The position numbers and the translations under genes were made by a program. This document shows, piece by piece, positions 1 through 20,367 of a stretch of DNA of 64,000 bases. Each line of letters starts with the position of its first letter. The first letter of the stretch is position 1. The notes beneath the pieces are model-generated. The model was not told where the DNA came from, did no database searches, and was given only the letters and a program-made list of their open reading frames with translations. The stretch spans positions 620,001 to 684,000 of the forward strand of contig JBBPEB010000011.1 of assembly GCA_039096225.1 (NCBI GenBank). The letters run 5' to 3'. Source of the stretch: Blastocystis sp. Blastoise (Eukaryota; Protista; Bigyra: Opalinata).

Positions 1-1960
1 TATAATTATTGTATCATCAGGAATAATAAAGAAATATTATACGATAATAAAGCGTAACTGAATAGTATTAATGATATGTATTGAAAACAAGAAGTATCAT
101 ATTTGTTGGAAATCTTCACGAATGTGAAACAAAAAGAAAACAGCTTTAGAAATTAAAACAAAATTGTTTTTAGAAAAAGTACAATTTGAATAAGATAAAG
201 AATATTAAAGTAGCAACAATTTCATGAGGAATAGGAAAAACTATAAGAATAAGAAGAAACAGAATGAAGAGTAATAAATTAAGGAGAAGAAATGAAAAAT
301 AGTAGTATCAAAATATGATCAATGAAGTAAAAACGGAAAGAGAAACATCAATTTAACACTGAATGAAAAGAGTATTAGACACAATGAAAAATAATAAATA
401 TAATAAAAGAAAGAAGCGAATGTAATAAATAAGCCAAAAATAAACATAGAAGAAAACTATGATATATACTAAGATGATTAGTATAGGAAAAAAATAAAGA
501 TGAAGACAAGAACATAATATCAAAAATACTAGAGTATAAGAAGAATTAGAATCATTGATATTTGCATTTTCGTATAATCAATAATAGAAGAGGATGAATA
601 ATGGATAAAGTATGAAGATTAAAAAAATAATTAGTGACAAAAAGAAGAGTCAGTATTATTGAGAAGATACATATGAGTAGACATAGCTATACCAGAAGCG
701 ACTATTGGAGTATTAAAGCCAGAAATACATAATATCAAAGATAGGTAGTAAATAACCTTAAATAAACAAGATAAATATGAAGATTAGAATATAAGTACAG
801 ACTAAGTAATAAAAATAAATAGTTATACAGATGATTAGCTAAGTAATAATACATGTATTAGGAACGTATATAAAGAAAGAAAAAACGAATTTAATAAGGA
901 GAAAAATACCATTATTATAGTAGAAAGATATAAACAATAAAAAAAGATAAAGAAGGAATTAACCTAAACATATTAAAGAAAATACAAAGAGAATCATAAA
1001 TAGAACAAGAAGAGTAAAGTGTAAGAAAGAAAATGAAGATTAAAAATATAAGAAAAGAATAAATGAATGAATTATTATGAAGTTAGCCTAAAATTAAAAA
1101 CGATGAAATAGTAGAAGAATATGGAGTATTTCTATTTTGACATTTAAAAAATAAGGATAGAAGTGTCTGAACAAATAAAATTAATATTGAGTATTAGCAA
1201 AAAGTAGTAAGATAAGAAATAATTGTAAGAAACATTTAAGCGCAATATCGGAAGCAAAAGATAAGCTAATTAAAATATGATTGTAAAAAGGTGCCACAGA
1301 CATGCGACTAATAAAAAGAGGGTAGTATTAGTAACATGAGAAACGGAAGAATTATTAATTTAGAAGCAGAAGAAACTATAGTATTATAAGCAATCATTTT
1401 AGAAGAGGAAAACCAACAAAGAAAAATATTAGCATATAACTATAGTTTGATTAAGCAATATAAAGAACAAGAAGAAGACTATTAAGACCAGAAATAGTAA
1501 AAAAAGCACTAATACTGGAGGAATAAAAGAATAGTATGAATAATAAGAATAGCATGAATATTATCAATAAATGATAAATGATCGAACTGATACGAATTGC
1601 TAAATGTAACAACAAAGATAGTTGAATCTAGAAACTATCTAAATAATTATAGAAACTGTTAGAAGATAATAATTGCAACATAGTGTAAATTGAAGATGCT
1701 GAGAATGTAGGAGAAAAATAGAATCTAAAAAGAAAGTACATCGTAGTTAAAGTGAAATGTTAAGGAGTAAAAATATTAAAAAAAATAAAATAACTAAAAA
1801 CATAAAGACAGAAGGAAGAAAAGAGATATAGCTAATCATAATAAAATTAGTAGTGGAAACAATTTCTGATAAGAATAAGTACCAAACTGAAGCGAAACAA
1901 ATAGGAAAGTAAAAACATAGGGAAATATTTTAAGACCATTAGAAACTTATAGTTACGCTT
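1..1960 (+). mobile_element. Degenerate non-LTR retrotransposon relic (RT, possibly restriction-like endonuclease)
   Basis: A/purine-skewed, stop-riddled, coding-like sequence. One frame gives AIPEATIGVLKPEIHNI (from 686, resembles GxPQG..LSP.LFN) and 46 codons later KINSYTDD (YTDD at 824, YxDD-like). Downstream RLLRPEIV..LILE (~1476-1520) resembles the RLE RPD motif. Confidence 0.45.
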
Positions 1961-1999
1961 ATATAATAAAATAATCATAAAATCCTTTTTGATTTTTTT

Positions 2000-3370
<1,371 letters not shown>

Positions 3371-3906
3371 AAAAAAAATTTATAAAGAAAAAAATTTCAT
3401 TTAAAATAACTTTCTTAATATATAAATATATATATAAACATTTCTAAATATTATATACAAATATGATACACATAAATGATTGCTTAGAACCAAGAGACCA
3501 ATGTAAAATAGAATTCAGTTCATTTTTATTCTCATTTTAATATGTTCAATATGATATATATTGCATCTATATATAATAATGGTTTTATTCAATAATAAAA
3601 AACTATATAAAAGCACTAAATAGAAAATAAAAACACTAATAGTAATAATATTAGTATATACCCATAATTAATATTTCTGTGGTAATTTCCAGCTATTAAA
3701 CCAAGTATTATTTCCTTCTAAATAATATCTATCTATATATTTATCTTGTTCATCTTTCATTAAGTGTAATCACTCTTATTTAATAAATCTGTAGAAACAT
3801 AATTATTATTAATACAAGTCGATTGATATAAGGTAATCGAGGATGAGACACCTTCTTTTACACCATTCAGTCTACGAACTATATATAACAGATATTATAT
3901 CCTATT

Positions 3907-4080
<174 letters not shown>

Positions 4081-4099
4081 TATGTATAAAATGTATATA

Positions 4100-5330
4100 C
4101 TCTGATATTATATGGATAATGGATAGATTATTTAACGAGACAATATAGATAGAAGCTCATAATAATAGGTATATGATAACGTTCACAATTGATAATTATC
4201 AATAAGATCCATAAATAATAAATTACTAATCATTATTTACACTTTAGATCAACATATTTTAAAAGATCCATTACTATATAAATACAATCATGGTAATAAA
4301 CAATTTCTATATATATACTAGTATATTTAGATTCATCTCTTTCTCTCTGTGGTTTAGTTTTTAATATTTACGTAACTATATCAAGAATCTTGTGGAAGTT
4401 ACTATATATAATAGAATATAGATTAATATATAAGAATAATAATAAATAATATAACTATATACGTTTCAAATATATATTCAGGTAATTATAATTATATTAT
4501 ATTATGCATAACATAAAGAAGAACGAATTGTTTTTTGCTCATTTTTATTAGTATGTACTGTCTTTCTATATTAATAATACGAAATAGTAATCAATATATA
4601 TATATATATATATATACTTTTAAGTTTAGATATCAATTCATTATATCTAGTACATAATACTCGGATTCTAACACGTATTTCATCATTTATTATAGGACAT
4701 TTTCCTTCATTATCTTCTTTTATTCCTTCTTCATCTTCATCTTTATCTTTATCTGATCATCAATTTCTTCTAATACTTTCTCTTCTATATAAGTTTCTTT
4801 TTCTTTTTCATATTTTATATTCTTATCTTCAGTATTATTATCATTTTCAGCTTCAGTATCATCTCTTTCTCTCTCTCTTTCTAAGCATCTAGCTTGTTGT
4901 ATAATTTCTTCTTCTTATTCTTTTTCATAAATTACTAACACAATCCCATTTACGTGTTGTCATCTTACTACCTGTGCTTCTATTTCTTCACTATATTCCT
5001 TCAAATCTTCTTTACTAACATCAGATACACTAACTCTCCAGTTATATACTAAAGAACATAATACACGAATTATTACCTTCTCACCAAGTTTCTTATTCTC
5101 TATCTATATATATACATAGGATATATAATAGAATAAACAATAATAAATAATAATATATAAATATTTTATATATATATTATTCTTATATATATATACCTTT
5201 TTAATGATATCTCCGAATTAGAATAATGTTTGAGACCAAGGAATAAGACGATTAAAAGCACCAAGAGTATTAATATTATAATGTCATTATTTCTATAAAG
5301 AATATGAAATATATTATAGTTATAACATTT
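4100..5330 (-). pseudogene. Diverged, frameshifted partial duplicate of UTP20 (exons plus introns equivalent to ~53270-54560)
   Basis: Clear by-eye alignment: gaataatgtttgagaccaaggaa.aagacgattaaaagcaccaagagtattaata at ~5221 and ~54444; RVLCSLVYNWRVSVSDVSKEDLKEYSEEIEAQV vs RVLCALLDNWRFNVSGVTKEELKEYSDEIEAQV; frameshift and stop right after AQV. Confidence 0.9.
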
Positions 5331-5394
5331 ATGAATAATAATAATAAATATAATAATAATTATAATATATATAAAAACAATAATATATAAACTT

Positions 5395-5880
5395 ACAATT
5401 TTAATTTTGAAAGGACACAACTAATGAGAACACACAGGAATGATTTCAAGAAAACTAATATTCTATATATAAAAAAAAATAATATAGCAAGTATATAAAA
5501 TAGGAAAATAGAAAAAATGAAAATAAAATCAATATTTTATATAGGAAAATAAAAAAATAAAAATTTGTTAATGCAAAAGAGGGAAAAAAAGTTGTAATTA
5601 TATACCTTCAACAGTGTGCTGAGTGGTTATCCGACAATGTTTAGAATAAGAGTCATAAAAAAACCTAGAAAACAAAATAGAAAAAAAAATGCAAAAAATA
5701 CCTTTGTAAATATATAGAAGAAACGATTCTATTTGATAACACTTTTGGTAGTAACCAAGGAAACTGTTTGACAGGAGACGAGAACCCAGAATGGAAAACC
5801 TAAAAGAATTATATAAAAAAGAAGGAAATATTTATTAAATATATACTTATAAAGGGGATACATGTTCTAGAAACTCCTAA
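5395..5880 (-). pseudogene. Unidentified spliced gene fragment (about 4 small exons) directly upstream of the UTP20 duplicate
   Basis: GT-AG bounded exon-like blocks translating to ..QFPWLLPKVLSNRIVSSIYLQRFFYDSYSKHCRITTQHTVE..; downstream block has an in-frame stop; no match to UTP20. Confidence 0.45.
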
Positions 5881-6024
5881 AAAATAAATAATAATGTCTA
5901 TATATGACTAATAATAATAAATTAAGAATAAAGATAAATTCACTAATAAAATTAAATTTGTTAGTCAAACACAAAAAAATTTCATGAAAAAACGATTTTT
6001 AAAATTTTAAATTTTTTTATGATC

Positions 6025-6887
6025 CACTACTAGAATTACAAGTTTTAACACGTCATGTTCTACACTATTGACACAACACTATTGTATTCCACAACTTTCA
6101 GCTTTAAAAAAATTATTCATTTTTGTTGACTCTCTGATCTGTTGACTCACTCATCCAGAAACTATTGATTCTAACTTAAAAAGTTTGTACGTTACATAAT
6201 TAACTCTAAAAACAACTTTTTAAAAGACTTTTATTTGATTCTGAAGAAAATGTGTTTTTTAATAAACTTTGACATACTTTTTGTATGCGGAACTTTGATT
6301 CATATTAAAATTTAATGAAAAAACTGTTCTACACCTCTTATGTCCTCTGATATTCAATAAAATATAAATAGACTCAGTTTTGAACGAGAAAATTATTCCC
6401 GTAAATATTTTAAAAATTCAAAACTCTGGTCTAAATCTCCATGATACAAATAGGCTCGGTTCATTTTTTCAGTGTAAAAAAAAAATAAATTTTTGACTTT
6501 TTGGCTGAATTTTGGTTTCGACTCATAGAGGTCATTTTATTCATTTTTACACACACTTATAACTCTAAGAGGCTCTAAACTTTAAACAGAGCAACAAAAG
6601 GTTTTAAAACATTGACCCCGTTAATTCACAAAATTATGACTTTAAAATAAAGAAAAACGTTTTTGATATTGTGGGACCTTCTGTAAACAAAAAAAAATGT
6701 CAATTCTAAATTAAAAAATGTCTAACAGGGTCTTTGAGTCTAAATCAAAAGTCTACTTAAAATTTTTGTGAAAATTTTATTTTTTTTGCCTAAGTCTTTT
6801 TTTTATTGAATTATTATTGGATGAATAAATTTTGAACGAAAATCAACCAATAAAATTGCCTTAAAAAGTCAAAAGCACCTACTAGTG
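6025..6887. mobile_element. Possible non-autonomous CACTA-like element or other structured non-coding block
   Basis: Starts CACTACTAGAA, ends CTACTAGTG (8/9 inverted match); GACTY motifs in left part, RAGTC in right part; no 3-bp TSD. Confidence 0.2.
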
Positions 6888-6958
6888 AAAATAAGAAAAA
6901 TGGAAAAAAAAGAAAAAGAGAAAAATTATTTTTCAATAATGTATAAAAATGTTTATGA

Positions 6959-8479
6959 TTATGAAGGCTTATTCATTTGTTTTGGTATAACAAATTTACA
7001 CGGAACATCTCTATATAGAATACATTCATAGATAATCATATAAAAATAGTTCAATAGATATTAATATACCTATATAGAATTCGTTCGTTTCCTTGCATAT
7101 CATCTTCAAATTGGACGGCATATGTATCTTTCTATATATATAATTATAATATAATAATAGAGGAATAAGAATTTATTTAAAATTATATTTAGATAAAGAT
7201 AATTCTTTAATGAATATTATTATTTTTATTTTAATGTTTTCTTAAATAATGATAATTAAAAAATATATATAAGGATACAAAAAGATACTCTATATATATA
7301 TTTTACTATATATATATATAAAGAAGCACAGAAATATCAATATATTTATATTTATATACTTTGGGTGTTTTACTGGTAGTAATAATACCGGGATAATACG
7401 CGGTAGTATCCGGAAACATGGCTAGAACTGGATATCCAATAGGATAAGCTATTTTATTTGAAATCCCCGTATATGTATATAGAGTGAAAACATCAGATAA
7501 CGGAACGTGAAATCTAAAGAATAAAAATATATAGTTATACTGTATATGTAAAAGGTTTAATTAATTATGAATAGTATTAGAATTGGATAGGAATTGAACT
7601 ATATATTTATATATATTGATAAAAAAAAAGATATTATATTTATATATATATATATATATATAAATACGTTTCTCTTTGTTCTTCAGGAACAGAATCATCA
7701 GCATCCATGACGTTACATGTATATAGATAAAGGAAATCAAAAAAAATAATAATAATAATAAAGATATTGTAATTTATATAGAGTATCTCTTATAGTAAAA
7801 TTATATATATAAATAAAGATCTATATAAATTTATATATATATAAAGATATATAGTATTTGTCATATTAAGAACTTTTCCCATAAAATAATCTGAATCAAC
7901 TTTTATAACAACCTATATATATATATAATATATATATATTATATATATATATATATATATACATCGGCTCCTACAACAATTGAAGGTTTTGGCGGTAATA
8001 AGAAAGAATCACTATACAAATAAATGAATAATCAATATATTTCTAATTTACATAGCAGTATCATTAGTAACTTCACTCCAGGGATCTGGATTGCGTTTCC
8101 GATCTATTTATAAATATTATATTGAAATATATATAAGAAACATACAACGAGTATCTAATTCACTTTCTAATTCTTTTATAGCAGCTGCTATCGCTCTAAA
8201 TATTATTCATAAATATATCACAAATAATCAACGTACTTTTCATGATGAATTCCCATTGCTTTCACAGAGTAATTTGCACAATAAATTTCATCATCATATT
8301 CTTCAGGTTCTAAAACAATAGCATAATTAATTCTATAAATATTTATAATCTAATTTACTATCTGAATGATTCTGAGAAAGAATATATAAATTATTATTTG
8401 TCGTTAATCGTTGGATAAGAGTTTCTGTTTCATCCAATTTCTGTAAAGAAGTCCATAAATGTGTTTCCTTAGGATCCAT
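6959..8479 (-). CDS. SGF29: SAGA-associated factor 29 (tandem Tudor), 8-10 introns
   Basis: Spliced product MDPKETHLW...YPIGYPVLAMFPDTTAYYPGII...YAVQFEDD...RDVPCKFVIP matches the Sgf29 C-terminal Tudor pattern (VLA.YP.TT.FY, Y.V.FEDD). Absent from the ORF track. Confidence 0.85.
7719..7850 (-). other. U12-type AT-AC intron, or two tandem AT-AC introns around a 27-nt microexon (7768-7794), in SGF29
   Basis: 5' ATATCTTT, branch-like TTCCTTTAT, 3' TAC; no GT donor available; splicing restores NMTNT(I/IIRDTLYKLQ)CNVMDADD. Confidence 0.75.
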
Positions 8480-8892
8480 ATGAAAATTAATATGAATAAA
8501 ATAGTTTTGAAACGAAATAAAAGAAAAAATGGATATGTGTTTTTAAATAATTTTTCGATAATCAGATGTAGTTTAGAAGTTTTTTGGTAATATAATCGAT
8601 TTTCAAGTTGTGTTGGAGTACAGTTGCGAAGTTTTATTGAATTTGTATCAAATAAATTGTATCATCAAAGTTTCAATTGTGTGTAAACAAGAAATAATTT
8701 ATTTGTTTTTAAGCATTCTTATTAAAACAATAGGAATTATAAAAAGTAATATAATTCATAGTTAATTATCGTAGAATTACTATTTTTTTAATAAAAAACA
8801 AAAGAATAATTTCTAAAATTATTTATCAAATCATGAATTATCAACTGGGTATTTTTTCAGATACTTGACTCAAATCATATTCATCTAAAAAG

Positions 8893-14348
<5,456 letters not shown>

Positions 14349-14990
14349 ATCTATATAAATCACATATCACCATTATCAAACAGAGTTTAGAACGAAAAAT
14401 AAAATACGAGGGAATTTTTATAATTCTCAAAATACATTCTTTTAATTGGTGCACCATTCCCAATAGCCAATAAAAATCATTATTACTTTTTTGAACTTAT
14501 TTTTATATTTTCTTTTCTTCCCTCATCAGTTTTACCCTATAAAAAAATAAAAATAAGTATGAGTGTATATGGAATCAGAGAATACATAGAGAACTCTAAT
14601 TCCAACAACAACAAAGAAATGAGATTTCTCAATTTACTCTCATTTTACATGTTCCAATGAGAATGAGATGTAACATAACGTTTTAGATACTCTTAAAAGT
14701 ATTCATACACTTATAAAATCATGGTAGAGTGTTTTCTTTGTTATTTCTGTTCTTTTTAATAACCGTGGTTTTAATCTAAGAAACCAGCAGAAATACTGAT
14801 AGTTTCTCAGTTCTCGATTGAATAAGGGGAATCTATCTGAATACTTGTACATAATTTTCCTTGATTTATATAGAAGAATTTATAGAAATCACTGCACATA
14901 CAACAAAGTGACTTTTCATTTTTTTTGTATTAAGGTTTTGATATCTGAGTATTCATCCTCTTTTTCTTGTTTTCTTCAATTGAAAGACCA

Positions 14991-15324
14991 ATGATTCCTG
15001 CTACTCGTGCCACTTTAAAGTCCTTTACTCCTGCAGTCAAGGCTCTCTCTCTTAGATCTTTTGCTAGTGCCAAACTTGATCCTTCTGAGAAACCTAAACA
15101 ATATAAAGTTTTCCAAGTTTACAGATATAATTCTGAAAAGAACACTCAACCCTATTATGAAAGATTCGTTATTGATTGTAACGATTGTGGTACTATGATT
15201 CTCGATGCGCTTATTAAAATTAAGAATGAACAAGATCCTTCTTTAGTTTTCCGTCGGTATATATTTATCTATTATTTTGCTTTATTTATTTTTGGTTTTT
15301 TATATATTTTTTATTTCTTTTATA

Positions 15325-15360
<36 letters not shown>

Positions 15361-16339
15361 TTCTATTCTAGTTCTTGCCGTGAAGGTATTTGTGGTTCTT
15401 GTGCTATGAATATTGATGGTACTAATGGTCTTGCTTGTTTAACTAAGATTCAAAGAAATACTAAAGCCACTACGATTAGACCTCTTCCTCATATGTTTGT
15501 TTTAAGAGATTTAGTTAGTGGTATATATATATTTTTTTATTTATTTATTTTATATATATATTTATTTTTTATTTATTTTATATATATATTTATTTTTTTA
15601 TTTATTTTATATTTATATTTATTTTATATATTTTATATATATATTTATTTTATATATTATATATATATTTATTCTACATATATATATTAATGTATAGATT
15701 TTACTAATTTCTATGAACAATATGCTTCTATTAAGCCTTGGTTACAAAAGAAGACTGAAGATGATAAGACTTATGCTGTTGAAAACCTTCAAGTATATAC
15801 TATGCTTATTATTATTATAATATTTATATATTTATATTCATTATTCTATAGTTTCTATATATATATATATATATATATAGTCTCATGAAGATCGTCTTCT
15901 TCTCGATGGTTTATATGAATGTATTTTATGTGCCTGTTGTTCTACTTCTTGTCCTTCCTATTGGTGGCATGCTGATAAATATCTTGGTCCTTCTAGTATA
16001 TTCATATTATTATTATTATATTATAATTATCAATTTATTATTATATTATAATTATATTATAATTATATTATAGTTATCAATATATTATTACCATCAATAT
16101 ATTTAATTAATCTGTAATTCTTTATAAATTTCTCATTATATATAGTTCTTCAACAAGCTTATCGTTGGGTAGCTGATTCTCGTGATGAATTTACTAATGA
16201 AAGATTAGAAAACCTTAATGATACTTATAAGTTATATAGATGCCATCAAATTATGCAATGTACTCATGCTTGTCCTAAGAATCTTAACCCTGGTTCTTCT
16301 ATTCAAAAACTTAAGCGTGCTGTTCATAATATGCATTAA
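14991..16339 (+). CDS. SDHB: Succinate dehydrogenase/fumarate reductase iron-sulfur subunit with N-terminal targeting peptide, 4 introns
   Basis: [56 protein letters not shown]; basic presequence [17 protein letters not shown]. Confidence 0.97.
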
Positions 16340-16468
16340 ATAATTGATTCATTATCTTTTATATTTTGTTTATATCTATATAAACATTTATGATTTCTTT
16401 TATTTTTATTTTTTTTTTATTCTCATTATTTATATTTATTTTTATTCATCCATAATTTGTAATGTATA

Positions 16469-16507
16469 AAACAACAAATAAAAAAACTTTTATATTTGTT
16501 TTGTTGC
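16469..16507. terminator. Candidate bidirectional 3'-end element between convergent SDHB and PUS7
   Basis: AAACAACAAATA...TATTTGTTTTGTTG gives a TGTT-rich element on each strand. Confidence 0.35.
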
Positions 16508-16724
16508 TTTTTTATATAGTCATCTACTATTATTATTGAATGAATCTTAGATATTATCAAGTATAATAAAACATATATTTTTTGCTAAAATAAAGAATAT
16601 TCTGCAATCAATTATGAAGAACAACAAAATTATTAAAAATATATATATAATGTATATATAGAAAAGTATAAAGAGATATAGATATATTAAATAAAACTTA
16701 ATAAATAGAAACAATAAAAAAAAA

Positions 16725-17711
16725 TTATTGTTCATTAACTGGAGTGATTTTTTCTTCCTCTTTTTCATTCTTTTCTTGTTCCTGCTTCTTTAATAGTAAA
16801 CTTCGTTCTAAATTAAATTGAGTATTCTTATCTGTTCCCATTCGAGTTATTTCTCTTAACAACATTGTGGCATAACAACCTGATCCTATATATATATATA
16901 TATGTTATTATTATATTCTTCATGAATTATATATATATGTATTATATTTTTTATGAATTATAGATTATTATTATATTCTTTATGAATTATATATATATAC
17001 CAAGAGTAAAGGCTAAACGTAAAGAAAAATCATGATTCTCGTAAAATATTATTAAAGAAAAGAATAAATAGTATATATTATAGATCAAAATAATAATAAT
17101 AATATATATATATATAATAATAATCATAATAATATATAATAATAATAATAATGGATATATCTTCTTGTATAGAGGCTTCTATATCTTTTGGAGTATATAA
17201 TATATGTCTATAGGTTCCCTTCATACAATAGACTTGAATAGGATGATTCCAAGAAGATGAAGTCAAATGAAGTGACTCTAATAATTCGTTATAATAGCCC
17301 TCAAGATACTGAGGGATGTTAGTCTCCGTACCAGGAAGAGGTAATACAATATTCTTTAATGAATATAAATGTTTATCTTCTTCAGTAATCACATGAATAG
17401 CAGGTAAGGTATAATTCTATATATATAATAGTTAAATAGTTATATATATATATACATTTTCCTCTTCTTCTTCTTCATCATCATTATCATGCATATCTTC
17501 ATGAGTATCTTTTTCTAATACAAAGTCTCCAGGAATGACTTGTTTTCCATAATGTTGAATACGATAGGAAAGTAATTTATTAAAGAAATAAGACTGTAAG
17601 CCATGTACATATCTATATATATATATAATATATATATATAATATATATATAGATATATAGATATATATATACAAAGATCGTTTTTTTACTGGAATAGCAG
17701 CCATAGCATTC

Positions 17712-17768
<57 letters not shown>

Positions 17769-17984
17769 TATATTGTTGACCACTATTATGGAATGCCTTC
17801 AACATTTCTAATTCCATTTTATTCTTATTAGGAACAGCCTATATATATATATATATTAGAATCAGTATAGAATATAAGTAACTATATACTCTACATAATT
17901 GTTTAATATCTTTATGTATAAGATAATCCTCATATGCTTTATATACACGATCATCGTTACAACAAGATAATATACCCTCTACTA

Positions 17985-18018
<34 letters not shown>

Positions 18019-20227
18019 TTTGGGTATTTTATAATGTGATCTATCATATAAGGATATATAAATAGTAATATGAAATAATATACAACAATAATAAGAAAAT
18101 AATAATTCTAAATAATAATAATAATAATAATATATATATATATATATATACAGTTTTCCAATTACTATTTAATACTTCTGCTCCTATTTGGAAGGTGTTT
18201 ATATTTTTCCCGCCATTCCCAAATCGTTGTAATCCATAATAATTTAAATATCCTTCTGTTGATAAACTGTGAATAATCGCGGGGAGAGCCTTATCATCAG
18301 CAGGAGGTGTTATTTGACGCAGAGTAATCGTAAAACGATTTCCCTATATATAATAATAATATAAGTATAATAATAAGTAAAAATAAGTAAAATAATTAGT
18401 CAAAGAATAAGTTAAACAAATATAATAATAAGTAAATAAGTAAAATAGTAAGTTAAACAAATATAATAATAAGTAAATAAGTAAAATAGTAAGTAAATAA
18501 ATATAATAATAAATAAGTAAAATAGTAAGTAAATAAATATAATAGCAAGTATAATAATAAATATAATTATATACTTTTCCATTAGCAATACATAGCGGTT
18601 TACTGACATATTCATAATCACCGATTTCACAGCCAGGAGTCGATTTCGCTGCTCCTGCTAACTCATTCTATATATATATATATAATGAATTAATATTATT
18701 TTATTGATAACAAATATCAATAAATATTTATATATAAGAAAATGCGAACTAAATAATATATATATAAATAATATTAAAATTATTTTATTTATAATATATA
18801 TATATATATAATTTCCATAAGTAAGAAATGAAATCCAAGCCAATAACATAATAAAACATATATATATATACAGGTTTCACTTTATAAGCCGTAATTTTTT
18901 GATAAGTAATAGCTCTTTTATCTTTAACTCCATTATATCCAAATATATTTGGTTTACGACGTAAACGATACGCTAAGTTATTTAAACATGATATAGTATC
19001 ACTATCCGTCTATATATATATATATATATATATATATTCATAATATATAGATGAATCACAAATAGGAGTAGAATAAATAGAGTAATATTAAATAGAAACA
19101 TAATGAAATAAAAACTAATGATCATAAATAAAAATAAATAATAATAAAGATAAATAACGAATACATATCTACTAATACATACCTTCTTTAAAGTAAATAG
19201 AACATATTCCTTATCTTTATATAGCCATCCATTTCTCTGTAAACGCTTACGATGCTCTTTAAGAATATTATAAAATAGATGTAATTATATTCATAATATA
19301 TATATATAAATCCCATTAAGGAAACTAATATAATTATACATAACATATATATAAATATACTTTGAATTCAAAAACATTCATAAAACAATAATAAAATATT
19401 ATATATATATATATACCAGGATTTCCAAAGGAATATATTACAATATGACCATTAGAATTCGTATCTGATAATAACATTGGATAAAAATTACGAATAATTT
19501 CATGAACCTATATATATATATAATAATAATAATATTAATATCAACTAAAGATACAGCATAGACTTATATACATATATATATATTAAAAAAACACACTCAA
19601 AAAAAAACATACAAACAAATAGAAAACAATATAAATATATACACTTTTACGTTGTTCTTTTTCAATAGTAGCTTCCAATTCAAATCCTTCATCACATTTA
19701 GGATCTACAGCTAATTTGTTTATATATTCATTCATCTTAGTAATAACAGATTCATCATAGATTTCTTTCAATTTCTTTAAACCTATATATTTTTTTTTTA
19801 CATTGAATTATTCTTAATAATGAAAATGAAATTTGAATACCTTCTTCACTTGTATTGCATTCGTAAACAATTTTGTCATCTAAAAAAAATAAAACAATAA
19901 AAAATGAATAATAATATATTACATAGAATTAAATTCTTATTATTTATATTATACAAACGTACCTGGTAACTTTGTACTAATTAGTTCAACTGGTTTATTA
20001 TCAAAACCAATTTCTTGAACAATAAAATCTTCAAATCTACCTTTTAAAATACCTTGAATACCTACAAAATCATTTAAATAACTATTGAAATAAATATAAA
20101 TGAAATAGTTGACACAAATATACCAGTCAATACCACATTCACATTCTTTTAATGTGTCTTTTGTATTGTAACTAAGACGTTTTAATCTGTTATCCTCAGA
20201 TTCTAAGTTTTCTTGAGTTCTCTTCAT
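16725..20227 (-). CDS. PUS7: TruD-family pseudouridine synthase 7, about 14 introns
   Basis: GILKGRFEDFIVQEI, GVKDKRAITYQ, GNRFTITLR, GYLNYYGLQRFG, YVHGLQSYFFN, GTYRHI, FTLGSGCYATMLLRE. Confidence 0.93.
17041..17158 (-). other. U12-type AT-AC intron in PUS7
   Basis: 5' ATATCCATT, branch-like TTCTTTAAT, 3' TTTAC; no GT donor; splicing joins IQED to ENHDFSLRLAFTLGSGCYAT in frame. Confidence 0.85.
18361..18560. repeat. Intronic minisatellite (~35-45 bp units of ataagtaaataagtaaaatagtaag) in PUS7
   Basis: Directly visible imperfect tandem units. Confidence 0.8.
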
Positions 20228-20367
20228 GATCAAACAAACAAATAAGCAAAAATTGTTTAAATAAAAAATATTCAAAAAAATGTTCAACAGTAACACTCCA
20301 GATTTGTTTTCATTCATGAAAATTTCTATTCCATTTTATTTTTTGTAATTATCCTTTAATTATAGCC

